A stretch of DNA of 64,000 nucleotides from NCBI RefSeq assembly GCF_964204645.1, contig NC_134032.1, positions 11,272,275 through 11,336,274 on the forward strand, in the 5' to 3' direction. A program made the translations under genes and the position numbers. Under the pieces are notes generated by a model. The model was not told the origin of the DNA and searched no databases. It saw only the letters and a list, made by a program, of their open reading frames with translations. This DNA is from Tubulanus polymorphus (Eukaryota > Animalia > Nemertea). Each line of letters opens with the position of its first letter. Positions within the stretch are counted from its first letter, which is position 1. Positions 1 through 12,956 of this stretch are shown here, one piece after another.

Positions 1-154
1 GTTTGTCTACCTGTTGACTCGAACCAACTTTTGAGCAACTGACACCCGGAGCCTAATCTAACTGTTGAACTGGGTCCTGAAGAATTAAAGCTGATTAAAT
101 CCATCTGCTCTGATAGACTCACTATGTACTGTATGGTTTCACTATTTGTTGCAG

Positions 155-3100
155 ATTCTAGGGATGTATCGCAGACTGGCTGGTGGTGAATTCCTCGGCT
201 TCAGCAACGCTACGTAAGTTGAACGAATATCCATTTTCGAAATGCATCTATAGTATTCCTTCGAATAATCGTGAGTAATAATAATTTGCTGATGTTTATT
301 TTGTCGTTTCCAGGTTCTTGTCGGAACGAGAAACAGCCGATCGGAATTTCGCGCTCGGTTATTACATGAAAGAAAATAAGTGTTTTCCGGAAGGAGCAAA
401 TCTACTGGAAACGTTGGATTTCTATTTTCAGGTACCGTATGTTCCGGTCTATAAGCCCACCCGGCCTATAAGCTGAGTCTCCTCTTCGGCCTCTCCAGGG
501 GACAGTTGCTCAATAGTTTGTTAAATATAACCAGCGGATAAATACCATAGTAACAATGAACTTTTAATTGTCACTATGTCAACTATCCACTGGATAACTC
601 CGTCAATTTTTGAGCAAATGGTCCTTTTTGCCTTGGGACCAGCAAATAAGCCTAGGCCCTTTATCAGAATCTTACCGGTAGATTACGCTTGATTTGTCTT
701 GAGATGTTGTAAGAGATCAACTGTTACTGATTTTCAGTATTAGTTACTATTTTATATCGAGAAATACTGATTTGATATGTTTGATGCATACAGAAATATG
801 ACAAAGGTTACTATGAGTCTTACGGTTAATTACTGATTAATTTGAAAAAACTTTTTTCATATTTCAATGATATGTAATTGAAAAAAATTCAATTTGTTAC
901 CGATAGCACTTTTCAGTCCTGGATTCGATGAAAATAAAACTATTGCGTTATATTTTGTAGTTGTGTTCGATCGAAGCGACCGGTGAGTCGGCTAGCGTAA
1001 TGGCCGCCACGTTAGCTAACGGAGGAATATGTCCGATAACCGGGGACCGCGTGCTCGACGCCGACTCAGTCAGGAATACTCTCTCACTGATGCATTCGTG
1101 TGGCATGTACGATTATTCGGGACAATTCGCTTTTCAAGTGAGTATCAAGATCCATTTGTCAGGGCGGCCATTTTGCCTGGAAGTCAGAGAAAGAGGAATT
1201 TCTTTTCTTTAGGAAAGTCAGGGAATTTTGTAAAATAAAAAGCTAAAATCAGGGAAAAGTTTAATTTGTTGAGAAAGAGATTGCATGTACATGTATCATC
1301 AAACGGTTTTAATATTTGACTTGATTCTTAATGGATCAGTTGCTCGATAGTTGGTTGGTGACTAGCCCCTGCATGTAAGGGAAAAAGCAAAACAAACTGG
1401 TTTAATTTGTTGGTTTCATTAACAGGTTGGGTTACCTGGTAAATCTGGCGTGTCCGGCGCGATCATGTTAGTTGTGCCGAATGTATTCGGAATGTGTATG
1501 TGGTCGCCACCGTTAGACGCAACCGGTAACAGTTGCCGTGGAATACAGATGTGTCAGGTAAATCCAAAATTCATATCGTCTTTCCTTAGACAGTAGGAAT
1601 GAAACAGAATGATCGCTTCGCCCAGGTTCAGAATAAACCCGGGTAATCGAGACTGCCTTTATCAGTAACAAATCCTACTTTAATTCAATTGTTGAAATCC
1701 TCTAAAATGAGAAGGTTGTCATCAATAACTACCGGTAATCATAATTTTACTGAATTGTTGAAGTCATTGATAATCAGGAGGCCGTTATTAGTTACTGATT
1801 GTAATTTTACTGAGTCATTGAGAACGAAAAGGAATAACTTATCATAATTTTTATGAATCGTTTAAGTCATTCGAAATGAGAAGGTCTTCACATTGATAAC
1901 CAATCATAATTATAATGAAATGTTAAGGTCATTCAAAATCATAAAGTCGTCATTAGTAACTGACTTATCGCGATTTCATTTCAACTGGCCCCTAAGTTTA
2001 AGTTGAGTCTATGAATCTTGATTCCTGATTCCTGATTCACAACTCACTTTTTTCATCTGGTGCTATTTCAGGAGTTGGTCAACACGTACAATTTTCATAA
2101 TTATGACAATCTGAAATACGCCACGCAGAAGACCGACCCAAGACGGCGCCGTATCGATAATAAAGCTCAGGATATCGTTAATTTATTGTTCGGCGCTTTC
2201 AACGGCGACGTCAGCGCAATCAGACGGTAATTATAGTCATACTTTGTTAAACTGCAATACTGTTTTGACGTTGAAAAAGTATGAAAATTTTACACGCTCT
2301 GTTATTGTTTTATCCCGGATCGTGGCTTTGATTTGAAGGGGAAGGAAAGGGTCGAGAATCATCCCCTGTTTATGTCATATAAGAATGTAATTTATTATCG
2401 TTTGTTTATCGATGTAATGTACCAGATTTATATAATCTATTTGTTGATTTGCCAATACCTGTCCCATGTAATTGAAAAGATATTCCCAAGCCTGTACCAA
2501 TAAAGGGAATATGCCCTGTATTTCATTCAAAGGAGAGGGGTGTTAGTGAGGGGTATCAGGACATCTAGAATCTATCAAATGTCTCTCTCCTTTGTACAAA
2601 ATATTCGGAAAATTATACAGGGGTGAAAATGATAAATTCCTTCAGAATTTTTTGCGATGTTTGAAAAGATTGATCGACCCTCGACGACGGTGGAATCAAA
2701 TTTTCATCCCCAATCGACGATTTTAAACGCCGGTGTTGTTTGTTTTAGGTACGCGTTGTCTGGAATGGACATGCGACAGTCGGACTACGACGGTCGCACC
2801 GCCTTGCATCTAGCCGCCGCTGAAGGTCACGCGGAGGTCGTTACTTTCTTACTGGAGAAATGCGACGTTCCGTTAACGCCAAAAGACAGGTCAGTGCTTC
2901 GAACGGTCACTCGTTTTAAGATATTTAACTTCAGATGGTTACCCTTAATAGCTTGAGGAAATTGGATAATTTTGAAAAATTCCACGGGGGTGTCTTGCAT
3001 AATGGACATACTGTGTCGTGTCTACACCTCAGTGCGGTGTATCGTTAGTTACTAATATTTCAACATGTTTGACAGGTGCTGCCATCGTTCAATTGAGATT

Positions 3101-3444
3101 AACTAATTTCAAATAACATTGATACACTTTGATACAGCGTACTAGCAAATTTCATAACCGATTTATACACTGCATTGTGATGTAGAAACATCATTTATGA
3201 CAAAGTTCTTGTTTGTATCACCAGGTGGGGCTTTACACCGATGTGCGACGCCAAACGTTTCGGTCATGACTCCGTCGTCGAGATTCTGAACAATCACGAA
3301 CACAAACTGTCTGACTTGGAACAACAGAAGATCGACGACGACAAACAATGTAACGTCGCCAATAGTGACGATAGTACAATCAGCAGCGACGATTATGCTC
3401 CAAGTACGAACGATAAAAGCGATTTGGAACCGCACAAAGATTAA
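155..3444 (+). CDS. GLS: Glutaminase (kidney-type-like, C-terminal ankyrin repeats), 5'-partial; exons 155-213, 314-431, 961-1137, 1426-1557, 2072-2226, 2749-2889, 3225-3444
   Basis: Phase-consistent GT-AG exons translate to [28 protein letters not shown]...LDFYFQLCSIE...[27 protein letters not shown]...[13 protein letters not shown]...[16 protein letters not shown], which are hallmark glutaminase and ankyrin motifs. Stop TAA at 3442-3444. Confidence 0.96.
1660..1965. repeat. Degenerate ~55-65 bp tandem repeat in glutaminase intron
   Basis: Recurring variants of aattttactgaattgttgaagtcattga...gtcattagtaac, about 5 copies. Confidence 0.55.
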
Positions 3445-4073
3445 AGATCGCGCGTAGGCTCATCATCCGCAACGGCCAAATATAAATTGCCATCAATGAA
3501 CTGTGATATTATTGTACAGTGTAAAATATGCTGTTAAAATTGAGTAACTTCCAATGCAATGCAATGCGGAGACTGCACCAATGCAATGTAGACTACTGAT
3601 GCGTTATTTACTGTGCAGATTCGATACAATGTAGACTGATCAAGAGATTGGGGTTCGATTTCAGGAGTACATTTATTGTTACGGCAAACTGTTATTTTAG
3701 TGCCTAATGTTCTAAGAAGTATTAGTAGATGCTGGATTTGATGTTTAGATCACAGGGTTCTGTTAAAAAAAACTGGTTTTATTTAATTCCAAAATGAATG
3801 AAACTGGTTAATCTAGTTAAAACTGGTCTACAAAACTATGCCCCCAGGTGGTCTCGAGGCAGCGTCGAGGGAATTATTGGCTTTGAAATATCTGGGGAAA
3901 AAAAGAATCTCAAGATCTTCTTTTCCCCTCTGAAAACTAGAATATCTTTTAATGAAAATGTTTTTGAGAAAACCTTTTATCTGTACTTCACTTGTTATAC
4001 TGGGACTGGTTCTTCAGTTGTGAGTTAAATTTCAGGCTGTGGATGAAAATAAGCTTGTTTTGACTGGAGTCCT

Positions 4074-4177
4074 GGACCCAGTTCCACAGTCATGAGTTAA
4101 CTCTGAGTTAAAGTTAGTTCATTTTCAAAGTTTTAACCCAGGGCCAAATCTTAACTCAGAACTGTGGAACTGGACCC
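4074..4177. mobile_element. Short palindromic MITE family (ggacccagttccacagt...actgtggaactgg). Close copies at 31531-31640 and 62378-62492; related hairpins at 12643-12750, 14691-14822, 62195-62332, 62963-63101
   Basis: Hairpin elements of ~100-140 bp with inverted termini, dispersed through introns and UTRs. Confidence 0.75.
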
Positions 4178-5689
4178 TGTTATTTAAGTCACGACTGTTG
4201 TTCGGTATCCTGATTGTTTGTTTTTTGTTAGTTTTTGCTTTGTTAAAGAGAATATGTTTTATGTTGTTTCGATGAAAAAATTTGCTATTATGACATTCTA
4301 TTGGGAGTAAGCCCGGGGAAGATTACTGTTCACCCTCTACAACCAGGGAGCTGAATACTTAGAGGTTTATTCTGCGCTTGAATAGGGTTAATTGCTCCAG
4401 GGTCTTCTTCACTTCATTATGAATTAATGAATTGATTAATCAGATCACAGCCACTTTTTTGTGCTTTATACCGTAAGATGGTTCGGTCACATTGTTTTAT
4501 GCAAATTTATGAAAATATTTTTTTCTTGCCATTTTGTCCTATTCATCGGAGTTTCAGGACTTCAACTGTCATTTGTATATTTGTATATATTGTAAATATT
4601 AGATACGTTCAAACCTGCTTGATTTAGATCAGTATAATGGGATTTTGATCTAATGCGGATATTACAGCAGTACTAACTTCATTCAGATGACTGGCAACTG
4701 CCCAGATTTCTCCGAATTAAGTACAGAGTAAATCCGAACTACTAATAATAGTTTATGTGGTTCCATGGTTAGATAGACCAAATATTTCATCTGAATGAAG
4801 TGAAAATCCGGATTGAATAACCTGAATTAGGCGATTTCAACTGTAAATATGTATATCTATGAATGTAGGTAAGATATCATCTTTGATCTGGATTTTCTCA
4901 TCATGGAATGTATGAATTTCATCAATCCCAGGCTATCTCAATTAAGTAGGTTTGACCATCGTTTGATTCTGGTTACATTTAGGTATAAGTGTTTTTCGAA
5001 AGTACATTTTTTGGAAGGGTTTACACCGCTTTAGATCTGACCTACCCGGTAGTAGGAATTGCTCCCTCTCTTAACGTATATGCTGTTAAGATCTGTCTCT
5101 CCCTAAGACAAAACTTCAGTATTTAAGGGATTATTATTAGGTACAGCTGCCTTATTCCACTTAACCATGACTTAATACTGTTAGACTGGCCATAGATGCA
5201 TATCAATTTTTGTGGACCTAGTTCTGTTGTGTGGGTTTATTTTTACTATGGATCCTATACCATAGTGTTAAGTTCTAATTGGAACTAGTTTGATTCTAGA
5301 CCTGGTTCAACAGTTATGGCTTGATTTTGACTTCCAAACCGAGAACCTAACATCTATAGTGGCGGAGCTTTGGTGAAAATAAACCCAAATTCATGACTTC
5401 ATGATATTCGATGCTTTTTGAAATATACAGGAATATAGTTTGCCTTTATTTAGTTAAATGTAAATTTTGTAAATAAAAATGATATTTAATTGGTGAAGAA
5501 TAAAGTCTTATTACAATTATCTCGAAAAAGAAAGTTCCACTTTATGTTGAATTTTATCAGGCCTTTTGAATCTTTTCTCTGAGGTTTTGAAAACCTTTGA
5601 ATTTTGGCACTATATGAAGATGATGGTCCTGATAATATCGAGGATAAGGAAGGTACATCATCAGGTGATGGAAAAGAAATTCTGATTAG

Positions 5690-6860
5690 ATCGCCATCTA
5701 TTGGAATTACGCTGAACTGACCAGATTGCTCTCACTGCCCTCTTGCTCTTCTCTGATGTATTGAAATGGCACTCGCCATCTAGTGGATTGATTTAGTAGT
5801 ATAACGTATTTTCGAATATATCCATCAGATGGCGAGTGTGATCTTAACACATTAAAGAAGATCTAGAGAGATAAAAAGCGATGCAGTCAGTTCAGCAAAA
5901 TTCCAATAGATGGCGACCTAAGCTAAGGTATTGAATTAGATAATGAACTGGGTTCGAACCCGGTCTATTGTTTCTGATTCTGAATGATCTGAATACTGGA
6001 AGCTGATAAACGGGGGTGTCCCAGGTTCGAATCTGATCTATTGATTCTGATTCTGTGTGATCTTGGTGTTGAAAGATGATAGACGGGTGTCCCGGGTTCG
6101 AACCCGATCTATTGATTCTGATTCTGAATGATCTGGACATTGAAAGATGACACATGGGGTGTTCTGGGCTCGAACCCGGTCTATTGTAACTGTTTCTGTG
6201 TGATCTGCATACTGAAAGAAGATAAACGAGGGTGTCTTGCGGGTTCGAACCTGGTCTATGGGAACTGAGTGACGGGTATGCTGAATTCATCATCTAGCTG
6301 GTGAATCTATGATAGGCAGGATTGTCCCAGGTTCGAACCCGATTGGCATTGGTTATCGATTCTGGGTGGTTTCGTTGGGGCCAGATAAAAAGACAATTGA
6401 TTATCAATTATCAATTCCCTTAATTAAACTCGCCACCTATTGGAATTTCACTGAACTGACCAGATTGCTCTCACTTGTCTCCCTTGCTCTTCTTCAATGT
6501 ATTGAAATCGCACTCGCCATCTGGGGGATTGATTGATAGTTTAACGTTTTATTCAAATTGATCCACTAGATTTCGAGTGTGATTTTAACACATTAAAGAA
6601 GAGCTAGAGAGATAAAAAGGCGGTGTAGTCAGTTCAACAAAATTCCAATAGATGGCGACCTAATGATGGCTTAGGGTACTGAATCAGATACTGAAGGAGT
6701 TCTATTGTTACTGATTTTGTGATCTGGATACGGAGAGATGAAAAACGGTGGTGTCCCGGGTTCGAACCCGGTCTATAGTTACTGATTCTGAGTGATCTGT
6801 ATACTGTCCAGATAATAAACGGAGTGTTCCAGGTTCGAATACGGTCTATTACTATATGGA
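5690..6860. repeat. Composite repeat: ~225-bp palindromic module (5690-5918, 6430-6660) plus ~73-bp tandem units containing GGTTCGAACCC
   Basis: Module termini cgccatctattgg...ccaatagatggcg are inverted repeats. ggttcgaa/ggctcgaa recurs at 5951, 6024, 6095, 6167, 6242, 6330, 6759 and 6832. Confidence 0.85.
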
Positions 6861-6879
6861 AATAGAATGAGGGAAATCT

Positions 6880-9800
6880 GAGGGGTAGAGCATCGAAATG
6901 TCCTTTGGATCCCAAATTATATCACAAAAACCTCCCGAAATCATGATATATAGTGTTTTAAATGTATCTATGAATTTAAAACATGTTCAAATTACTCATA
7001 AATTAATTAATTTGGCAAAGTAATTATCTTAGTAACGTATTTGAACTTATTTAGAAACGACTGAATCATAGAAATTCCACGCCAGAAATCCGTCAATCTG
7101 ATAATATCAGAGAATAAAACAGTCGTTTCTAATTAAGTTCAAATACGTGACGAAAATATTTACGTTGCCTAATTGATTAATTTGCGATTAATTTGAATAT
7201 GTTTTGAATTCATAGATGGATTCAAAATACTGTATATTTTTATTTCGGGAGGTATTTCTGATGTTCTATGTGGTCCTTAGAGCATTTCGATGTTGTACCC
7301 CCTCTGTTGGATTTTCACTGAACTAAACTCACAATAGATCCTTTGTGCAGATTCGATACACATTTTCAATGCATGTGTAAAATATCAATTCAACGTCTGT
7401 TCAACATCAGCAGAAATCAGAATCAGTATCAGTATCAGAATCACTGGACCAAACATATCTCTGTATTCTCTATTCATCATCTGGAAAACTGGAAATCAGT
7501 CAAATAAGTCGGGCCGAACTTAGGACTCGGTTTATCTTCTATGTATCATATCGGTCAGTAAGAAAATTAGTGCGTTTGAAACTGCAGCGTTTGAACCTTT
7601 GTTACTGATCCCAAGAGTTCTAATGCTGATTAGAGAATAAGTACGGTGCCCCAGGTTGGGTTCGAATCTAGGACACTTCTAATTATTTACAGGCAAAAAA
7701 ACGAACAAATGACACATTTTTTACTAATTTCTTGTTTATTTCGAAATACTACAAAAGCCATTGTTTTAATGGATGAATTTAATTGCTTTCTAGATATTTC
7801 AATGAAGAATACTTCATATACATTGGCATAACTTTATCGAACCGTCGAAACCTCGACTGCCAGAGAAAGAATCCTTCGACTGCCACAGTAGCATTCTCAG
7901 CTCACCTACATATCAATATATGAAAATATGTATGAATTCTTTACAAAGGATCTATTGTGATTTTAGTTCAGTGAAAATCCGACAGAGGGCGTAGAGCATC
8001 GAAATATCCTTTGGATCCCAAATAATATCACAAAAACCTCCCGAAATCATAATATATATTGTTTTAAATGCATCTATGAATTCAAAACATATTCAAATTA
8101 CTCGTAAATTAATTAATTTGGCAACGTAATTATTTTAGTAACGTTTTTGAACTTATTTAGAAACGACTGAATCTCAGAGATTTCCACGTAGAAATCCGTC
8201 AAACTGATATCAGAGAATATATCGGTCGTTTCTAAATAAGTTCAAATACGTTACGAAAATAATTACGTTGCCTAATTAATCAATTTACGATTAATTTGAA
8301 AATATTTTGAATTCATAGATGGATTCAAAATACTGTATATTTTCATTTCGGGAGGTATTTATGAGGTTCTGTGGGGTCCTTAGAGCATTTCGATGTTGTA
8401 CCCCCTCTGTTGTATTTTCACTGAACTAAACTCACAATAGATCCTTTGTGCAGATTCGATATACATTTTCAATGCATGTATAAAATATCAATTCAACGTC
8501 TGTTCAACATCAGCAGAAATCAGAATCAGTTTCACTGGAATAAACATCTCTGTTTATTCTTTATTCATCATCTGGAAAACTGGAAATCATCAGTCAAATT
8601 AGTCGGGCCGAACAAAGGATTCGGTTTATCTTCTATGTATCATATCGGTCAGTAAGAAAATTAGTGCGTTTGAAACTTCAGCGTTTGAATCTTTGTCACT
8701 GATCCCAAGAGTTCTAATACTGATTAGAGAATAAGTAGGGGTGCCCCAGGTTGGGTTCGAATCTAGGACACTTCTAATTATTTACGGGCAAAAAAAACGA
8801 ACAAATGACACATTTTTTACTAATTTCTTGTTTATTCGCGAAATACTACAAAAGCCATTGTTTTAATGGATGAATTTAATTGCTCTCTAGATATTTCATT
8901 GAAGAATACTTCATATACATTGGCATACGTTTATCGAACCGTCGAAACCTCGACTGCCAGAGAAAGAATCCTTCGACTGCCACAGTAGCATTCTCAGCTC
9001 ACCTACATATCAATATATGAAAATATGTATGAATTCTTTACAAAGGATCTATTGTGATTTTAGTTCAGTGAAAATCCGACAGAGGGCGTAGAGCATCGAA
9101 ATATCCTTTGGATCCCAAATTATATCACAAAAACCTCCCGAAATCATAATATATATTGTTTTAGATGTATCTATGAATTCAAAACATATTCAAATTACTC
9201 GTAAATTAATTAATTTGGCAACGTAATTATTCAGTAACGTATTTGAACTTATTTAGAAACGACTGATTTATAAAGATTCCACGCCAGAAACCCGTCAAAC
9301 TGATATCAGAGAATATATCGGTCGTTTCTAAATAAGTTCAAATGCGTTACGAAAATATTTACGTTGCATAATTAATCAATTTACGATTAATTTGAAAATG
9401 TTTTGAATTCATAGATGGATTCAAAATACTGTATATTTTTATTTCGGGAGGTATTTCTGATGTTCTATGGGGTCCTTAGAGCATTTCGATGTTGTACCCC
9501 CTCTGTGGATTTTCACTGAACTAAACTCACAATAGATCCTTTGTGCAGATTCGATACACATTTTCAATGCATGTATAAAATATCAATTCAATGTCTGTTA
9601 AACATCAGCAGCAATCAGAATCAGTATCACTGGACCAAACATCTCTGTTTATTCTCTATTCATCATCTGGAAAACTGGAAATCAATCAAATAAATCGGGC
9701 CGAACTAAGGACTCGTTTTATCTTTTATGTATCATATCGATCAGTAAGAAAATTATTGCGTTTTGAAACTGCAGCGTTTGAAACTTTGTCACTGATTCCA

Positions 9801-10760
9801 AGAGTTCTAATACTGATTAGAGAATAAGTAGGGGTGCCCCAGGTTGGGTTCGAATCTAGGACACTTCTAATTATTTACGGGCAAAAAAACGAACAAATGA
9901 CACATTTTTTACTAATTTCTTGTTTATTCGCGAAATACTACAAAAGCCATTGTTTTAATGGATGAATTTAATTGCGTTTGAATCTTGAGCGTTTGAATCT
10001 TTGTCACTGATCCTAAGAGTCCTAATGCTGATTAGAGAATAAGTTGGTGCCCAGGTTGGGTTCGAATCTAGAACACTTCTAATTATTTACAGGCAAAAAA
10101 AAAAAACGAAATGACACATTTTTTACTAATTGCTTGTTTATTTGCGAAATACAACAAAAACCATTGTTTTAATGGATGAATTTATTGCTTTCTAGATTTT
10201 TCATTGAAGAATACTTCATATACATTAGCATACCTTTATCGAACCATCGAACCCTCGACTGTCAGAGAAAGAATACTTCGCCTGCCACAGTAGCATTTCA
10301 GTGTACATTCATATTACTCTATGAAAATAGTATGAGTTCTTTACAAAGAATCTATTGTGATTTTAGTTCAGTGAAAATCCAACAGGGGGGTAAAGCATCA
10401 AAATTTCTTTTAGACCTCAGAAAATATGACAAAAACCTCCAGAAATGAAAGAACACAGTATTCAAAATTCAACTATGAATTCTAAACATATTCAAATTAC
10501 CCGTAAATTAATTAATTAGGCAACGTAATTATTCATCTAACGTTTCTGAACTTAATTAGAAACGACTGTACATTTTCTGATCACTTAATTTCCGGTGGAA
10601 TTTCGCCGATTCTGATTTTAGAATCGTTTCTAATTAAACTCAAAAACATTAGACAAATAATTGCCTGATCAACTTATTCGTATGTAATTTGAATGTGTTA
10701 TATCAGCGGATGAATATATTTGAAATACTATATATTCTCATTTCGGGAGTTCTTAAATAC
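6880..10760. repeat. Tandem array (~3.5 copies) of a ~1.1-kb unit, each containing a ~500-bp foldback palindrome
   Basis: The landmark agagcatcgaaat recurs at 6887, 7993, 9090 and (diverged) ~10393. Internal arms tttacaaaggatctattgtg... / ...cacaatagatcctttgtg span e.g. 7940-8450. The third unit has an internal ~200-bp duplication. Confidence 0.92.
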
Positions 10761-10769
10761 TTTTTTGCA

Positions 10770-11300
10770 AAGATGATAAACGGGGGTGTCCCGGGTTCGA
10801 ACCCGATCTATTGTTTCTGATTCTGTGTGATCTGGATACTGAGAGATGATAAACGAGGATGTCCTGGGCTCGAACCCGGTCTTTTGTAACAGATTCTGAG
10901 TGATCTGAAAGATGATAAACATGGGTGTCCTGGGCTCGAACCCGATTGGTATTGGCTATTGATTCTGGGTGGTTTCGTTTAGGTCAGATAAAAAGACAAT
11001 TGAAATTATATTTAATTATCAATTTCCTTAATTAAACTCAAATCAAATCAGTTTGGCTCGCCATCTGGTGGAATGATGTAGTAGTTTAACGTTATTTTAA
11101 ATTTATCCACTAGATGGCGAGTGCGATTTTAACACATTGAAGAAGCGCTAGAGAGATTAAAAAGGCGATGTAGTCAGTTCAGCAAAATTCCAATAGATGG
11201 CGACCTAAGCTTCGGGTACTGAATTAGATGATGAAGTGGAAGTGTCCAAACCTCTATTGTTTCTGATAATGAGTGATCTGGATACTGAAAGATGATAAAC
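10770..11300. repeat. Continuation of the composite GGTTCGAACCC / palindromic-module repeat
   Basis: Same ~73-bp units at 10794, 10866 and 10933, and a partial palindromic module at 11059-11205, as in 5690-6860. Confidence 0.85.
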
Positions 11301-12956
11301 GTGGAACTGTTCCACGAAGCTGAACAGTGATCAATCAAATCTCGGGGTTAAATAAACCAGGGTTTCCAGTGGTAAGGCCAGGGTAAAAAGAAGTACCGGT
11401 ACGAAGGACTTTTTCGGCAATTTTATAACCCCAAAAGAAGGACAAAGATGATGTTTGTCCAAACTTTTTCCAAAAGAAGGACCGCTGGAAACCCTGATAA
11501 ACGAATGACACATGCCTCGATCAAGTAATTAAATTGGTGACATTTTATGGATCATTTCACAATTCTTCCTCATTCCGCGTGCTACCTGGTCCAGCTGGGT
11601 TCGATTCCATTTTTCCTTTGTTGTGAATAGATATAACAAACTGTAAGAGAAACGTATTCAAAGAAACATTGGAAACACACGATATATTACAGCGTAGTAA
11701 TAATTATCATTCTTTATTTATCATCATTGTCCAGCATACATACATTCTATAATGGTTTCATAAGCATGAGCTAGCACCCGATAAAACAAACAAATAAATT
11801 GATACATATGTATTTCAATCCAATTCGATCTCAGAAACTATGGAAACAAGTCCAGAAAATTAATATATCGTTCATAAATTTGCCAGTAATACTAATTTTC
11901 ATCAATGGCTGTCAACTTGATAATACAGTGCAACCCCCAATTGCCACTACGAATATATTTGCACTTGAACTTAACCAATGAGCATTGAGAACGAAGCAAA
12001 GTTTATTCACGTTGTCAGGAACTTTGTTGTTTCTCAATTGCCAGAGGGCAGATGTCAACAGTGAATAGGAAGGATCAGCTATGAATATATTTGTAGTGGC
12101 AATGGTGACAGAACTGAAACCACAAGTGTAGCGGGCAGTGAAAATCAGGTTCCTGAGATACACACACACAAGACACGAGCTAAATCTACGATACATATTA
12201 CATCGAATCAGGACCCCAAGTTGCGCGGTTCTGAATTAGATATTTGTAAGAACCGGGTCCGGCACTATCTACGCCCGACCTCGCTGGCGGGGCTTAAAGC
12301 TAAGCTACCGGCGTATAAATACAACATTCACTCAAACTGACATAATTTTTCACTCCAAAAAGCTAAATACATATTCAAAAATTACATTCGAAACAAAACA
12401 ATAATCCAGATTATCTATATTATCGAAGCGGATTAACAGAATTTCATCTGGATAAAGAGTTTTTCGACTGTATTTTCTGAGATAAATGCGCAACAAAATA
12501 TTTACAACAATACGGTATACGATTAAACATTGAATATATTACGGTTAAAATAACAATTTGCGTTAAAAAATGGGAATATTAATAATATCGTTGATTCTTT
12601 CCATAAACTTACGAAAAAAGTTATAAGCGATCGATAATACTCGGGGCCCGGTTTTATAGACTGGTATTACCTTTAACCCCGGGACTAAATTCATAATGAA
12701 TTGAGTTAGCCCCGCGGCTAAAGGTTATACCAGTCTATAAAACTAGGGCTAAGAATACAGTAGGTTAAATCGGTCCATTTCAAAAAGCTATCCGGCTTCA
12801 ATTTCCCTCTACTCCCCTTCTCCAAATGTCAATTTATCCTCTGCACAGTTGCCCTCCCCTCTCCTTCAAAAATAAATGCTAAAAAATCAGTTTGTTGTGA
12901 TGGTTAAATGATGAGTGAAACAACCGATAAAAAAAGTCCATTTCACCCCTTTCCTC

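Noticed and set aside
5940-6350. CRISPR-like or tRNA-gene array suggested by regularly spaced palindromic GGTTCGAACC
   Set aside because: The context is eukaryotic, the sequence between motifs is itself repeated (no unique spacers), there are no cas genes, and the units lack an A-box or cloverleaf.
5892-10922. ORF-track proteins in the repeat block (5892-6293, 6634-6915, 8446-8655, 10176-10448 and others)
   Set aside because: Chance translations of tandem and palindromic repeats; frames are not preserved between copies.
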